DNA of 40,842 bases from a virus (IMGVR_UViG_3300034155_000007:1-40842), one strand, 5' to 3'. Positions 1 through 8,546 are shown, counted from the first letter of the stretch. Notes: a model not told the origin generated them from the letters alone. A program made the numbers and translations.

Positions 1-145
1 GTCGCAGAGTCCCCACCTTCCAAATGTTGGGTACCCCACCCCGTGCCAGCAGGCGCAACGCCATTGACAAACGACTCAGGGTGTGCGCCGACGCGAGGCA
101 CACGACGACGCGGACCGCTCGTTGCCACACCCAGACCCGCTCTCA

Positions 146-238
146 TCAGTGCAACCATCCCGCGACGTGCTGGAAGACGACCGCCTGGCTACCCATGCGA
201 CCGTCCCACCAGCAGACGAAGCGGATGACGAGGTTCAC
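146..238 (-). CDS. Small hypothetical protein (30 aa, MNLVIRFVCWW...)
   Basis: GTG directly after the holin stop; its TGA overlaps an ATG (TGATG) at 146. Confidence 0.35.
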   Translation of the reverse strand: MNLVIRFVCWWDGRMGSQAVVFQHVAGWLH

Positions 239-239
239 C

Positions 240-566
240 CTACGGCGCCGACACACCACGGAGGCTATTGGCCTTGCCCTTGATGTCGTCGTACGTCGCC
301 ATCGACAGGCGTGCGATGCCGTACCAGGCGAGGAACGCGCCGAAGCCCGTCACCGCTGACACCGTGACCGCTGTCGCGGCATAGGCGAACACGACCAGGA
401 CGGCAGACAGGACGAACGCGAAGAGGCGTTCCTTCCCTGCCACGAACGACCCGAGGTTGCCGAGCAACGACACGAGCCCCGTGACCAATGCGGCGGCGGG
501 AGCAACCCCGGCTGCCGTGAGGATGAGCGCCAGCGTCAGCGCATTCGGATCGATTTCGGTTGGCAT
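240..566 (-). CDS. Holin-like membrane protein
   Basis: 108 aa with about 3 hydrophobic segments and a charged C-terminus, GGAG RBS, downstream of the putative endolysin. Confidence 0.65.
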   Translation of the reverse strand: MPTEIDPNALTLALILTAAGVAPAAALVTGLVSLLGNLGSFVAGKERLFAFVLSAVLVVFAYAATAVTVSAVTGFGAFLAWYGIARLSMATYDDIKGKANSLRGVSAP

Positions 567-575
567 GTCGTCTCC

Positions 576-1073
576 CTACTGGCCGTTGTAATAGGCGGTG
601 TACGGGTCGGTGTTCGGGTCCGTCGGGACCCAGTTGCCCTCGGTCGGCTGGCCGTGCTCGTCGAGCCCGACCGGGAGCTCGTCGTAGTACCGCTCGCGCA
701 GCGAGTAGTCCACGGCGGGGTTGTCGCCCACCTGACCGAAGAACCCGAGCAGCGCCAAGATACGAACCGCGTCCGGGGTGGAGCCCGCAAGGACTGCGCC
801 TTGGTCGTAGGTCAGGGTCTCAGGGTGGAGCGGATCGTTGGCCTTGCCCTCGACGCCGGACGCGGCGAGAAGCTGGGCGTAGGCCACGGCCCTGATCGGG
901 CTCAGGTCCAGCTCGTCTTCCTCGACCTCGGGCGCTTCCACGAGCGGGGCGATAGCGCGACTGGTGAACTCCTGCGCCTTGAGCAGATGCCCGAGAGCCA
1001 CGTCGGGCTGCTTCTTGATCGTGTTGCCCGCATAGCGCAAGCGGGTCGCTGCGGCGGCGATGAGGTCTGCCAT
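576..1073 (-). CDS. Hypothetical protein in the lysis region (starts MADLIAAA)
   Basis: GGAGG RBS before the ATG at 1073; natural amino-acid composition. Confidence 0.7.
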   Translation of the reverse strand: MADLIAAAATRLRYAGNTIKKQPDVALGHLLKAQEFTSRAIAPLVEAPEVEEDELDLSPIRAVAYAQLLAASGVEGKANDPLHPETLTYDQGAVLAGSTPDAVRILALLGFFGQVGDNPAVDYSLRERYYDELPVGLDEHGQPTEGNWVPTDPNTDPYTAYYNGQ

Positions 1074-1084
1074 TGCGTTTCCTC

Positions 1085-1789
1085 CTAGAGCGAGCGGGTC
1101 GGGATCAGGGCGTACGGCACCCGGCCGAGCACATTGCGGTAGCTGTCGTAGACCGCCCGGAACTGCGGGTCCGACATGATGTCGTAGGGCGGCTTCTCCG
1201 GGCGGGCCGCCGAGCCGTGGTTGGGCTCCCATGCGAAGCATTCGGGGAGCGGGTTGGGATGGCCGGGCACCTGGTCGGTTCCCAGCAGGACGCCGAAGTG
1301 CGCGTCTCGCGGTGCGGTGAAGCCGACGAGTTGCGTCCGGCCTCCCTTGGCGAGCGGTGAGGCGAAGCCGTTCGGCCTGCCGTCCGCGACACGTCCGCCG
1401 TAGCGGTAGCCCTGCCACTCGGGCCAGTAGGAGTAGCTGTGGCCGAACCCTACCGGGGCCTTGCGCGAGGCCGCGATGACCTGCGAGGCCGACCAGTTGA
1501 ACCGGACCTCGTACGGGATGCGGACGTGCCGGCAGAACGCCTGTACCTCGGTCGGGTAGAGGCCCCGGCGCTGGTTGCGTAGGGTCTGGTTCGGGTAGCC
1601 GACCATCCGCGAGATGGCGTCCTGCGAGTAGTATTTGCCCGTCCAGAGCATCGCCAGGAACTGGAGCACGGCGTGAGTACAGCCCGTCGCACCGTTGGCG
1701 GTGTAAGCGTCGTCGGTCTGGCCGAACTGTTGGTGAGGGCGCGCTTCGCGTAGGTCCATCGCCCGCTGGAGGATGGGCGACCTAGGCAT
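1085..1789 (-). CDS. Putative endolysin, papain/C39-like cysteine peptidase
   Basis: Q..TDD...GCT catalytic Cys region, later H-F-G-V-L-L-G and W-E-P-N, matching the C39-like Cys/His/acidic order; lies upstream of the holin. Confidence 0.55.
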   Translation of the reverse strand: MPRSPILQRAMDLREARPHQQFGQTDDAYTANGATGCTHAVLQFLAMLWTGKYYSQDAISRMVGYPNQTLRNQRRGLYPTEVQAFCRHVRIPYEVRFNWSASQVIAASRKAPVGFGHSYSYWPEWQGYRYGGRVADGRPNGFASPLAKGGRTQLVGFTAPRDAHFGVLLGTDQVPGHPNPLPECFAWEPNHGSAARPEKPPYDIMSDPQFRAVYDSYRNVLGRVPYALIPTRSL

Positions 1790-2009
1790 CCGCCGGCACC
1801 TCGTCGTTGGCGGCGGCTTCCTCGTCCCACGCCTTGCCAGCGATGCGCAGGCACGTCTCGCAGGACTTCCCCGATGGCAGCGTGTCCGAGACGGGATCGA
1901 TGACCAGCCGCCCGCAGAGCGCCTTCCAGGTGTTGAGGCCGCGGGTATGGAAGTCGATGACGTGCCACGAGAGTCCGGGGCGCTTCTGGGCGAACTGGCG
2001 GTCTGTCAT
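1782..2009 (-). CDS. Small putative Zn-binding protein
   Basis: WH...ALCG...CETC motif; ATGA overlap. Confidence 0.6.
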   Translation of the reverse strand: MTDRQFAQKRPGLSWHVIDFHTRGLNTWKALCGRLVIDPVSDTLPSGKSCETCLRIAGKAWDEEAAANDEVPADA

Positions 2010-3166
2010 GCCGTGATCCTCCCGAGCAGCGCGGTATCGAAGGCGTCGTGCGGCAAGGCGCCCGCGTTGGCCTTGGCGTAGCGCGCCGCAGCATCAGCCG
2101 ACATCGCCGGGACCGCCGCCCAACCCGGCACCGCCTGCCCTCCGATGACGGCGCCGTGGGCCGGGCCGTCCACCGGATCGCCGACATTCTGGTTGTACGG
2201 GTTCGTGTCGTTGACCAGCGCCCCGGAGTGCGCCGTCAGGCCGTAGTCGCAGTCCACGCACACCCGGTTGACGACATCGGCGGTGATGTTGACGCGGGTT
2301 ACGCCGCTGGTATTGGAATCGCCCCAGAAGCCGATCTTCGGGCAGCGGTACTCGAGACCCACGAAGGTCGGGCGGATGTGCGAGCCGCGATCGGTCTGGT
2401 AGTCGTTCAGCGAGCCGTAGTTGTGCCCGGACTGCCCGGGACCCCAGAGGCAGTCCTGGTAGGTGTAGTTCCAGCACGAGCGGGTCGAGCTCATGCCCTC
2501 GTCGGCCGCGTCCGAGGTGGACACGTTCACGGCGGCGTAGTCGTGGCAGGACCCGGCGAAGGTGATCCCGTCCGCGGACTGGCCGCCGGACCACTTGGAG
2601 CGCACCCGGACATTGACCAGCGCAAAGTGATGGCAGCCTTCGAACCAGAGCGTGCCGTTGGTCAGGGTGATGTCCGCCCCGCGGCCATCGATCAGGAAGT
2701 TGGCCCGGCCATCGAGGCGGCGCACCTTGCCCCCGAGGTCGATCGACAGCTTGAGCCCCAGCCCGAACCGGATGATCTTCGGAGCCGTGCTGATGGCCGC
2801 GAACGCCGCCAGGAACTCCGCGGTAGAGGTGACCACCGTCAACGCGGGCACGCTGCCCATGCCCTCGGACCACTTGGAGCCGAAGCCATGCACGACCGGG
2901 AGACTGGACGGTGGAGGCGGCTCTACTGGCGGCGGAGGCGGCGGATCAACGGGCGGCGGTGGCGGGTCTACCGGTGGCGGGGAAGGTGGAGGCGGCGGAG
3001 GCGGGTCAACGGGCGGCGGGTCGACCGGCGGCGTGGTGCCGTGCGAGTGCAGCGGGTTGGCGGCGTGCAGCTTGTCGTGGGCGTCGAGGCGGGCCTTGAG
3101 CGCGTTGGCGAATGTGTCGAGCTGCTTGAGGGTTCTAGCCACCTGTCCACTCCCAAACCAGCTCAT
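2006..3166 (-). CDS. Pectate-lyase-like parallel beta-helix protein with N-terminal polyproline linker
   Basis: GFGS..G, NVRVR, DGITF, STSDAADE and NYTYQDC motifs typical of PL1-like beta-helices; (PPVDPPPP)n linker. Confidence 0.7.
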   Translation of the reverse strand: MSWFGSGQVARTLKQLDTFANALKARLDAHDKLHAANPLHSHGTTPPVDPPPVDPPPPPPPSPPPVDPPPPPVDPPPPPPVEPPPPSSLPVVHGFGSKWSEGMGSVPALTVVTSTAEFLAAFAAISTAPKIIRFGLGLKLSIDLGGKVRRLDGRANFLIDGRGADITLTNGTLWFEGCHHFALVNVRVRSKWSGGQSADGITFAGSCHDYAAVNVSTSDAADEGMSSTRSCWNYTYQDCLWGPGQSGHNYGSLNDYQTDRGSHIRPTFVGLEYRCPKIGFWGDSNTSGVTRVNITADVVNRVCVDCDYGLTAHSGALVNDTNPYNQNVGDPVDGPAHGAVIGGQAVPGWAAVPAMSADAAARYAKANAGALPHDAFDTALLGRITA

Positions 3167-3380
3167 ACGGCGCCGTCGCCGTGCGGGCGAGCCGGACCGC
3201 ATCGGCGTGGATCTCGAGAAGCGTGCCCAGCAGCCGCTCCGAGCACTCCCACGGCCGCGCGACGACGTTGCCCAGCAGTTCGATGCAGGCGTTGCAGACG
3301 ACGGTCGGGCCGTCGCCCCTCACGAGGTCGTCATGCCCGTTGCAGCGGGCGCACTTGGACTGCGGCAGGGTTGCGGTCAT
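3135..3380 (-). CDS. ClpX C4-type zinc-finger-like protein
   Basis: CARC...LVRG.GP.VVCNACIEL resembles the ClpX zinc-binding domain pattern; ATGA overlap. Confidence 0.55.
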   Translation of the reverse strand: MTATLPQSKCARCNGHDDLVRGDGPTVVCNACIELLGNVVARPWECSERLLGTLLEIHADAVRLARTATAPYELVWEWTGG

Positions 3381-3685
3381 CGGGTCGGCCGATACAGCCA
3401 GAGCCAGTAGCAGGCCGGCACGATCGCCAGGGCCAGCATCGTCAGGCGAGTGACGAACTTCGTCGTGTCGAAGCTGAGCAGTGGCGGCACGAGGTCGTTG
3501 TTCAGGAAAATCAGCCCGAACACGGTCACGACTAGGAGCACGAAGCTCGCCACGATGGCCCGCTCGCGGAGCACCCGGACGCGCGGCGCCTGCCGGGAGA
3601 GCGTCCAGAGCTTGGCGGTGACGTACACGTTCAACGGAATCCCCACGACAACCGCGAACAGCGCGACGATCGTCGGCGCATTCAT
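3377..3685 (-). CDS. Membrane protein (3 TM)
   Basis: Three hydrophobic stretches; coupled overlaps at both ends. Confidence 0.75.
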   Translation of the reverse strand: MNAPTIVALFAVVVGIPLNVYVTAKLWTLSRQAPRVRVLRERAIVASFVLLVVTVFGLIFLNNDLVPPLLSFDTTKFVTRLTMLALAIVPACYWLWLYRPTR

Positions 3686-3888
3686 CGCCTCCGTCCCTGT
3701 TCGGCTGCGGTGTAGTCGGCGATGACCTGTTCGGCACGCTTGCGGACCGAGATAGACAGCACCCGGATGCGCTCGGTCTGTGCGTCACGGCGCCGCTCTC
3801 GGCTCGGATCGAACCAGGGAAGGAAGCGTTCGATCAAGGCTCGCCACCTACTTCGCATGGCCGGGTGTGCCTGGTACTGGACCGCCAT
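3682..3888 (-). CDS. Hypothetical protein (start uncertain)
   Basis: ORF coupled to the downstream gene. Confidence 0.55.
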   Translation of the reverse strand: MAVQYQAHPAMRSRWRALIERFLPWFDPSRERRRDAQTERIRVLSISVRKRAEQVIADYTAAEQGRRR

Positions 3889-4078
3889 TAGCCGTCACCT
3901 TGGCAAGCTCCGCCAACGAGTCCGCGTTGCGCTCGGCTTGCGTCTCGGCCTTGAGCCGCTGGGCCTGCTCCAGTTTGTAAATCCAGCCCGGCACCAAGTC
4001 GCCGCGGACGATCATCACGAGAACCGCCGACAGGACCGCCAGCGCACCGAACGGCCCGTACAGCTCGGCGGGGATCAT
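3848..4078 (-). CDS. Membrane protein with one TM helix plus coiled coil (lysis-cassette type)
   Basis: N-terminal hydrophobic helix, G.LVP motif, coiled-coil tail. Confidence 0.7.
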   Translation of the reverse strand: MIPAELYGPFGALAVLSAVLVMIVRGDLVPGWIYKLEQAQRLKAETQAERNADSLAELAKVTANGGPVPGTPGHAK

Positions 4079-4207
4079 TCACGAGTCACAATCAGGCAAG
4101 GCGTCGGTGGGCGCTTGCCGTGAGCACGACGGAATAGACGGGGGTCCATCGGGAGACTACGTTAGCACGTCGCGGTGTGGGCGGATAGGGTGATTTCACG
4201 AGTGTCG

Positions 4208-4327
4208 TCACCTCTCGGGCGCCGCGGACGACGGCACCTGCTCGTAGGTCCAGGTGACCGCGAGGGCGATGACCGCCGTCATGACCGCGGCAGCGATGGC
4301 GGCGAGGAGCCAGGTGCTGGTGGTCAC
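4208..4327 (-). CDS. Small single-TM protein (39 aa)
   Basis: MTTSTWLLAAIAAAVMTAVIALAV...; GTGA overlap with the upstream gene. Confidence 0.5.
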   Translation of the reverse strand: MTTSTWLLAAIAAAVMTAVIALAVTWTYEQVPSSAAPER

Positions 4328-4968
4328 GTCGGCTCCGGGGCTCCGACACGGAGGGCGGCATCGTAATCAGCGAGGAATGTATCCCAGCCACAGGTGCATC
4401 GGTGCTGCACTGGACCGTCCCACCGACAACTTACGGTGTGGGACCCATATTCAGCCAGCGCCGCTCGCAGCGCCTCTGCCGCTGGGGCTGGTGAGGGGGT
4501 TGCGGCGAGAGCATAGGCGGCTTCGACGGCGCGTCGCCCCACTCGGAATAGGTCGGCGCGCTGGGGCGCCCAATCACCGGGATACAGGACATCGTTCTCC
4601 AGAGTGGCCCATGCGACAGCGATCCCCGCCGCTCGCAGCGCCTCGCTGTCTGGCATCGCCGGGGCTGGTGAGGGGGTGGCGGCGAGGGCGGCGAGACAGT
4701 CATCCACGGCGGCGTTGTAGGCGGTTCGCGCGTCGAGCCGTGCGTCTCCGGTGATCCCGAACTGCGGCCACGGCTCGCTCTTTCGCAGCGCCTCGACCTT
4801 TGGCATGGCCGGGGTGAGGCGGGCGAGGGCTGCCCGAACTTGCCGCAACTCGGGAACATGGTTATGTGGACCGAGGATGTCGTGTCCGAGGTAGCCGATG
4901 ACCTCATCGAGAACGCGTACTGCGCCTGCGGGGGTCAGGGGTGGCATGGCTGCCTCGTTAGCGGTCAT
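4324..4968 (-). CDS. Mosaic hypothetical protein with repeated EALRAA/ATPSPAPA linkers
   Basis: Internal repeats shared with 13096..13926; coupled overlaps. Confidence 0.75.
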   Translation of the reverse strand: MTANEAAMPPLTPAGAVRVLDEVIGYLGHDILGPHNHVPELRQVRAALARLTPAMPKVEALRKSEPWPQFGITGDARLDARTAYNAAVDDCLAALAATPSPAPAMPDSEALRAAGIAVAWATLENDVLYPGDWAPQRADLFRVGRRAVEAAYALAATPSPAPAAEALRAALAEYGSHTVSCRWDGPVQHRCTCGWDTFLADYDAALRVGAPEPT

Positions 4969-5690
4969 CGGGGTTCCTCCTGTTGCGGACCACCGTCTTC
5001 GATGCGGAGGCGCTGGTCGTCCGGGTGGGGCGGCGGGTCGTCGCCGACAGGCCAGTCCAGCACCTCGATGGCGACGGCAATGCGACCCCTAGACAGCGGC
5101 GCGAGCAGGTCGAACGCCGCCGGCGACAGGTCGATCGCCGCATCCGTCCCACGGCAGGCGCAGTAGCTCACGACCAGTACGTCAGCGAACAGGGCGCCGC
5201 GCCAGACCCGCGCCCACCAGGGAGCATCGCCGAAGCGGAAACCGTGGACAGCGCCGAACCGGGCGTTGCCGCCCCACGACTGGCAGTGCGTCGGGGTCGG
5301 CGCGCACCAGGTGGCGGAGGCTGAATACAGCGCGGTGCCAACGGTAGATACCGGCGTGGACGTGCGGATGGGCTCCGCAACGGGCGTCCCGGAGCCATAC
5401 CCGTCATCGGACGGTTCGGACACCGTGGAAGCCGCCGGCAATGGAAGCGGCGCCTTGGTCCGATCCGTAGTCACCGGAGCGACTTGCTGCCGAGACTGTA
5501 CCGAAGCCTCGACTGACGGACCGGGCCTAGGAGCCGCTTCGAACATGGTACTACCAGCCAACAGCGCCAACACGAGCGCGACGCCAAGGATGAAGTCGCA
5601 GCCGGTGCGTTTTGGCGACGGTTCATGGCGAGGGAGACGCGGCTCGGGGTCGTCGTCGGGATGGAGCTCCAGGTGTTCGTAGGGGGTCAT
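4965..5690 (-). CDS. Membrane-anchored protein with RlpA-like double-psi beta-barrel domain
   Basis: TM helix, P/S/T linker, ATW... and IDLSPAAF..LAPLSRGRI.V signature. Confidence 0.7.
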   Translation of the reverse strand: MTPYEHLELHPDDDPEPRLPRHEPSPKRTGCDFILGVALVLALLAGSTMFEAAPRPGPSVEASVQSRQQVAPVTTDRTKAPLPLPAASTVSEPSDDGYGSGTPVAEPIRTSTPVSTVGTALYSASATWCAPTPTHCQSWGGNARFGAVHGFRFGDAPWWARVWRGALFADVLVVSYCACRGTDAAIDLSPAAFDLLAPLSRGRIAVAIEVLDWPVGDDPPPHPDDQRLRIEDGGPQQEEPR

Positions 5691-6124
5691 CGGTACACCA
5701 AAACCACGGACGGGAACGGGGCGTTGTGGCCCTTCGGCGCGTCGACGCCCTCGAAGCTCAGACGGCCTCGGATGAAGCGAATCTCGCTGGCCGGCATCGC
5801 GTGTTCATGCCACCACTCGGTATCAGTCCGAGCGGGTACGAGCGCCACGATTAGCTCGCAGCGATCGCGCTCCAGACTGATCTTGCGCATCCATTCTTGG
5901 ATGGCGCGACCATATGGCGGATTAACGAACACCCGACCTGACCACTCGCGCCATAGCCCGTTATCGGTCGACCCGAACCACTCAATACCCGGCTTGATCG
6001 GTGCGGAGGCAGCCGGATCGAGCGTAAAATCGAACTCAGCGTCGAGGTCCGCGAACACCCGTCCGGGAGTGCGCCAGGTGGGGTCAGCAGCGATCCGGTG
6101 GACACCGAGATTCATGGTGGTCAT
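5687..6124 (-). CDS. Phage DNA N6-adenine methyltransferase
   Basis: W.TP, FTLDPAA, VFVNPPYG, LVPARTDT.WW, RFIRGRL.F and APFPS motifs. Confidence 0.92.
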   Translation of the reverse strand: MTTMNLGVHRIAADPTWRTPGRVFADLDAEFDFTLDPAASAPIKPGIEWFGSTDNGLWREWSGRVFVNPPYGRAIQEWMRKISLERDRCELIVALVPARTDTEWWHEHAMPASEIRFIRGRLSFEGVDAPKGHNAPFPSVVLVYR

Positions 6125-6414
6125 CGACCGCTCGTGTCGTTCCAGGGAGCCGAGGGGTCCAGCTCCTCAGCGTTCAGGCCGATGTTGCGCATCGGGTCGA
6201 CAAGCTCGTCCCACTCAATAGCCATTGCCTCAAAGTCACGGCGGCTTTCGGCGTCCGACTCCTCCCAATACGCCTGCCCCGCCATCCGCAGGTACTCACC
6301 GGCTCGCAGGACTTCCCCGACGGCCTCAGCCTCGATACCGAGCACGTCGTCAAGGAACCCCAAGCCGTAGATGGAAACAAACTTCCTGCCCGTCGCGGTA
6401 CGTGGCTCCGTCAC
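6121..6414 (-). CDS. Hypothetical protein (MTEPRTATGR...)
   Basis: Coupled ORF; similar to an internal module of 13096..13926. Confidence 0.7.
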   Translation of the reverse strand: MTEPRTATGRKFVSIYGLGFLDDVLGIEAEAVGEVLRAGEYLRMAGQAYWEESDAESRRDFEAMAIEWDELVDPMRNIGLNAEELDPSAPWNDTSGR

Positions 6415-6511
6415 AGCCCGCTCCTCGTCCCCGCAGCCCGCCGGTCCAGCCAGCCCTGCGTTCGGTGGCCCGGGCGGCCGTGGCCCACGGTACGGGCACA
6501 GGTGAGGCAGA

Positions 6512-7303
6512 TCATGCCGATGCCTCCGGCGGTGCGCCTGCGGCTCGCAGTTCTGCGAGGTAGCGTTGCGTGGCCTCGACGCCGCGGCGGGAGTTCCGTT
6601 CGGCTTCCTCGGCTCGTTCAGCGTCGGCGGCGACGCGGGTGTCCAGCATCGGCTCCAGCACCTTCATGGCTCCCCACACGAGCTGCCGCGCCGTCAGCGG
6701 CTTCCCATCTCGGAGGCGGTCCATCGCATCGCAGACGGCTACCAGCCCGTGATCCTCGATGAGCCGGTCGTATTCGGTGAGCTGCTTCTCCCCTGCCACG
6801 CTCCAGGTTCGTCCGGTGCGCTCCTCCAAGGCGGCCACAGCCTCGGGTGTCAGGTTGGGTAAACCCTCGCGCGCGATGGGCTCGTCTCGGCTAATCCTCG
6901 TCTCGTCTCGTCTCGTCTCGTCTAGAGCCCCACGCGCGAGAAGGCGGACGGGTCCCGTTTGCCTCCCGTTTGCCTCCCGTTCGGGGCCCGACTGGGTACC
7001 ATTCGGTCCGCTCTTGTTACCCGTTCGGGCAGCGTCCCGGCGGCGTCCGCGTTCGGCATCCAGTCCGTGAATGCGGAACCTGCCACCAGTCAGGGGGTCC
7101 ACCAACCCGGCCTCGACGAGCATCCTCATGGACGCCTTGGAGACGGTCGGCGGAGGGAACGCCGGAGCCGGCCACGCCATGTCAGCGACGATCAGGAGCA
7201 GGCACCAGCAGCCGAAGTGCCGGGGGTCCTCGCGTATCCCGTCGAACTTGGGATCGTCCATGACGGACCAGTAAACCCGTGAGTAGGGTGCTCGTTCGGA
7301 CAT
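6512..7303 (-). CDS. Phage replication initiator protein
   Basis: YSRVYWS..DDPKF N-terminal winged-helix-like region, low-complexity repeat-rich middle, helical C-domain. This is the usual initiator architecture with an internal origin. Confidence 0.7.
   Translation of the reverse strand: MSERAPYSRVYWSVMDDPKFDGIREDPRHFGCWCLLLIVADMAWPAPAFPPPTVSKASMRMLVEAGLVDPLTGGRFRIHGLDAERGRRRDAARTGNKSGPNGTQSGPEREANGRQTGPVRLLARGALDETRRDETRISRDEPIAREGLPNLTPEAVAALEERTGRTWSVAGEKQLTEYDRLIEDHGLVAVCDAMDRLRDGKPLTARQLVWGAMKVLEPMLDTRVAADAERAEEAERNSRRGVEATQRYLAELRAAGAPPEASA
6881..7030. repeat. Iteron-like repeats, putative replication origin
   Basis: (CTCGT)x5 at 6897-6921 and 11-bp-phased TCCCGTTTGCC / TCCCGTTCGGG repeats from 6953. 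Confidence 0.55.
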
Positions 7304-7305
7304 TT

Positions 7306-7411
7306 GGGAAGCCCTCTATTAGCGCAACAGGGCGGGGCGGAGAGGCTTCCCGGCCGACGCCTGCCGCCCCGTTGCACCTGTCATTGTACGCCTGCCATCG
7401 GCCGCTGTGAA
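7306..7411 (-). promoter_or_regulatory. Promoter and pseudoknotted 5' leader of the replication gene
   Basis: TTCACA (7411-7406), 17 nt, TACAAT (7388-7383); two interleaved inverted repeats in 7306-7377. Confidence 0.6.
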
Positions 7412-7626
7412 CCCTTGGCCCGACATTCGTTGTCCATCGCGTACCGGCTCCGGTGCGGCGTCGTGTGGCCCGGCCGGCGGGCGCATCGTTCGAGGGCCAG
7501 CGGCATGAGCGCGCCACAAGCGACCTGACAGACGTGCGCCCGGCCCCACTGTCCAGGAGCTCGCCAGTGTTTTCCGTTCCACACGACCGGCTCCCGACAC
7601 GAAATACAGACGCCCGGCAGTCTCAT
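7381..7626 (-). CDS. Cys/His-rich hypothetical protein
   Basis: CISC, HVC, CGA, CARRPGH...H motifs; ATGA overlap. Confidence 0.65.
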   Translation of the reverse strand: MRLPGVCISCREPVVWNGKHWRAPGQWGRAHVCQVACGALMPLALERCARRPGHTTPHRSRYAMDNECRAKGSQRPMAGVQ

Positions 7627-7913
7627 CGTCGCCTCCGTCGCAAGCTCTCCTGGTCCAACCCGGGCCGGGTCCGATGACGGTCACGATGCCCCTCTGACCG
7701 GGCGCACGGCCCGGAGGGCAGGACGTGGCCGCACGTCGGAACCACGCGCGCGGCTTGGGTGGCGACCCGTACAGCGTGGGACGGGCCGACATGGAGGGTG
7801 GTCCCGGTGAAGTAGCCGATCGCCGCGCCACCCCACCCCGCGATCCTGGCGCGACAGTCCGGCTGGTTCTCGGTCCAACCGGGTTTGCCGTTGGTCATGG
7901 TGCGGATTCTCAC
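7623..7913 (-). CDS. Cys/His-rich hypothetical protein
   Basis: CGH...CAR..GH...H motif like its neighbour; GTGA overlap. Confidence 0.55.
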   Translation of the reverse strand: MRIRTMTNGKPGWTENQPDCRARIAGWGGAAIGYFTGTTLHVGPSHAVRVATQAARVVPTCGHVLPSGPCARSEGHRDRHRTRPGLDQESLRRRRR

Positions 7914-8137
7914 AGCGCCAACCGTTCCTGCTCGCCCCGGAGTACCGGCCGCTTCTCCCTGATGACGTAGCCCCGGACACCATCGGCCCTGCGGATGCAC
8001 TCCACCTCTATACCGGCGGCGCGGGCGTCAGAGATACGCCCGGTCACGTTGACGATGCCGCAGGCGAGCGTGATCTCCAGGGAGGAGGCGCGCGGGTTAG
8101 TGCGGAGGAACGCGATCAGGCGGGCGGTCTGCGTCAT
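7910..8137 (-). CDS. Helix-turn-helix DNA-binding protein
   Basis: TQTARLIAFL...SSLEI...GRISDARAAG.EV winged-HTH pattern. Confidence 0.7.
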   Translation of the reverse strand: MTQTARLIAFLRTNPRASSLEITLACGIVNVTGRISDARAAGIEVECIRRADGVRGYVIREKRPVLRGEQERLAL

Positions 8138-8268
8138 GTCGTCACCCTCCGCAACTCGCAGCAGACCGAGCAGAAACAGACCCACTGAAAGCCGCGCTGA
8201 CGCTTCGGGTCATCGGTTGTGCGTCGGCGTGCCATCTCGATGATCTCTAAGAGCCGGAGCCAGTTCAT
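8134..8268 (-). CDS. Small hypothetical protein (44 aa)
   Basis: ATGA overlaps at both ends; CFCSVCC motif. Confidence 0.5.
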   Translation of the reverse strand: MNWLRLLEIIEMARRRTTDDPKRQRGFQWVCFCSVCCELRRVTT

Positions 8269-8546
8269 GTCACATTCCGCAGGTACTCGCGCAGCTCGGG
8301 CCGGTGAGAAGTCGCCCAGCCGTTCTCCAGGTGATGCCCGGCGCAGATGCTCACGAGGTGCGCGGCATCGGACGGCGCACGGCGTCCGCCCATTGCGGCG
8401 TGGTCCCGAACATGGTCGAGCGTGATGCGGCCCCGGCAGGCGGCGGGCGAGGCGCCCAGCTTGACGGCGACGCATCCCTGGTCGCGGGTCAGCACCGCCA
8501 GCGCCACGTCCGGGGTCACCACGTCGCGGTAGGGGTAGCGTCTCAT
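8265..8546 (-). CDS. HNH endonuclease-like protein
   Basis: RDQGC...TLDHV...LVSICAGHH. Confidence 0.75.
   Translation of the reverse strand: MRRYPYRDVVTPDVALAVLTRDQGCVAVKLGASPAACRGRITLDHVRDHAAMGGRRAPSDAAHLVSICAGHHLENGWATSHRPELREYLRNVT

Noticed and set aside
64-92. Plus-strand TTGACA as a promoter
   Set aside because: There is no -10-like hexamer at a suitable spacing and no credible downstream plus-strand gene.
2048-3535. Long plus-strand ORFs (e.g. 2048..3535, 19753..20964, 27121..28287, 30346..31641, 32829..34085, 37458..38531)
   Set aside because: They are shadows of clear minus-strand genes in high-GC DNA, with Arg/Gly/Val-rich composition and no expression signals.
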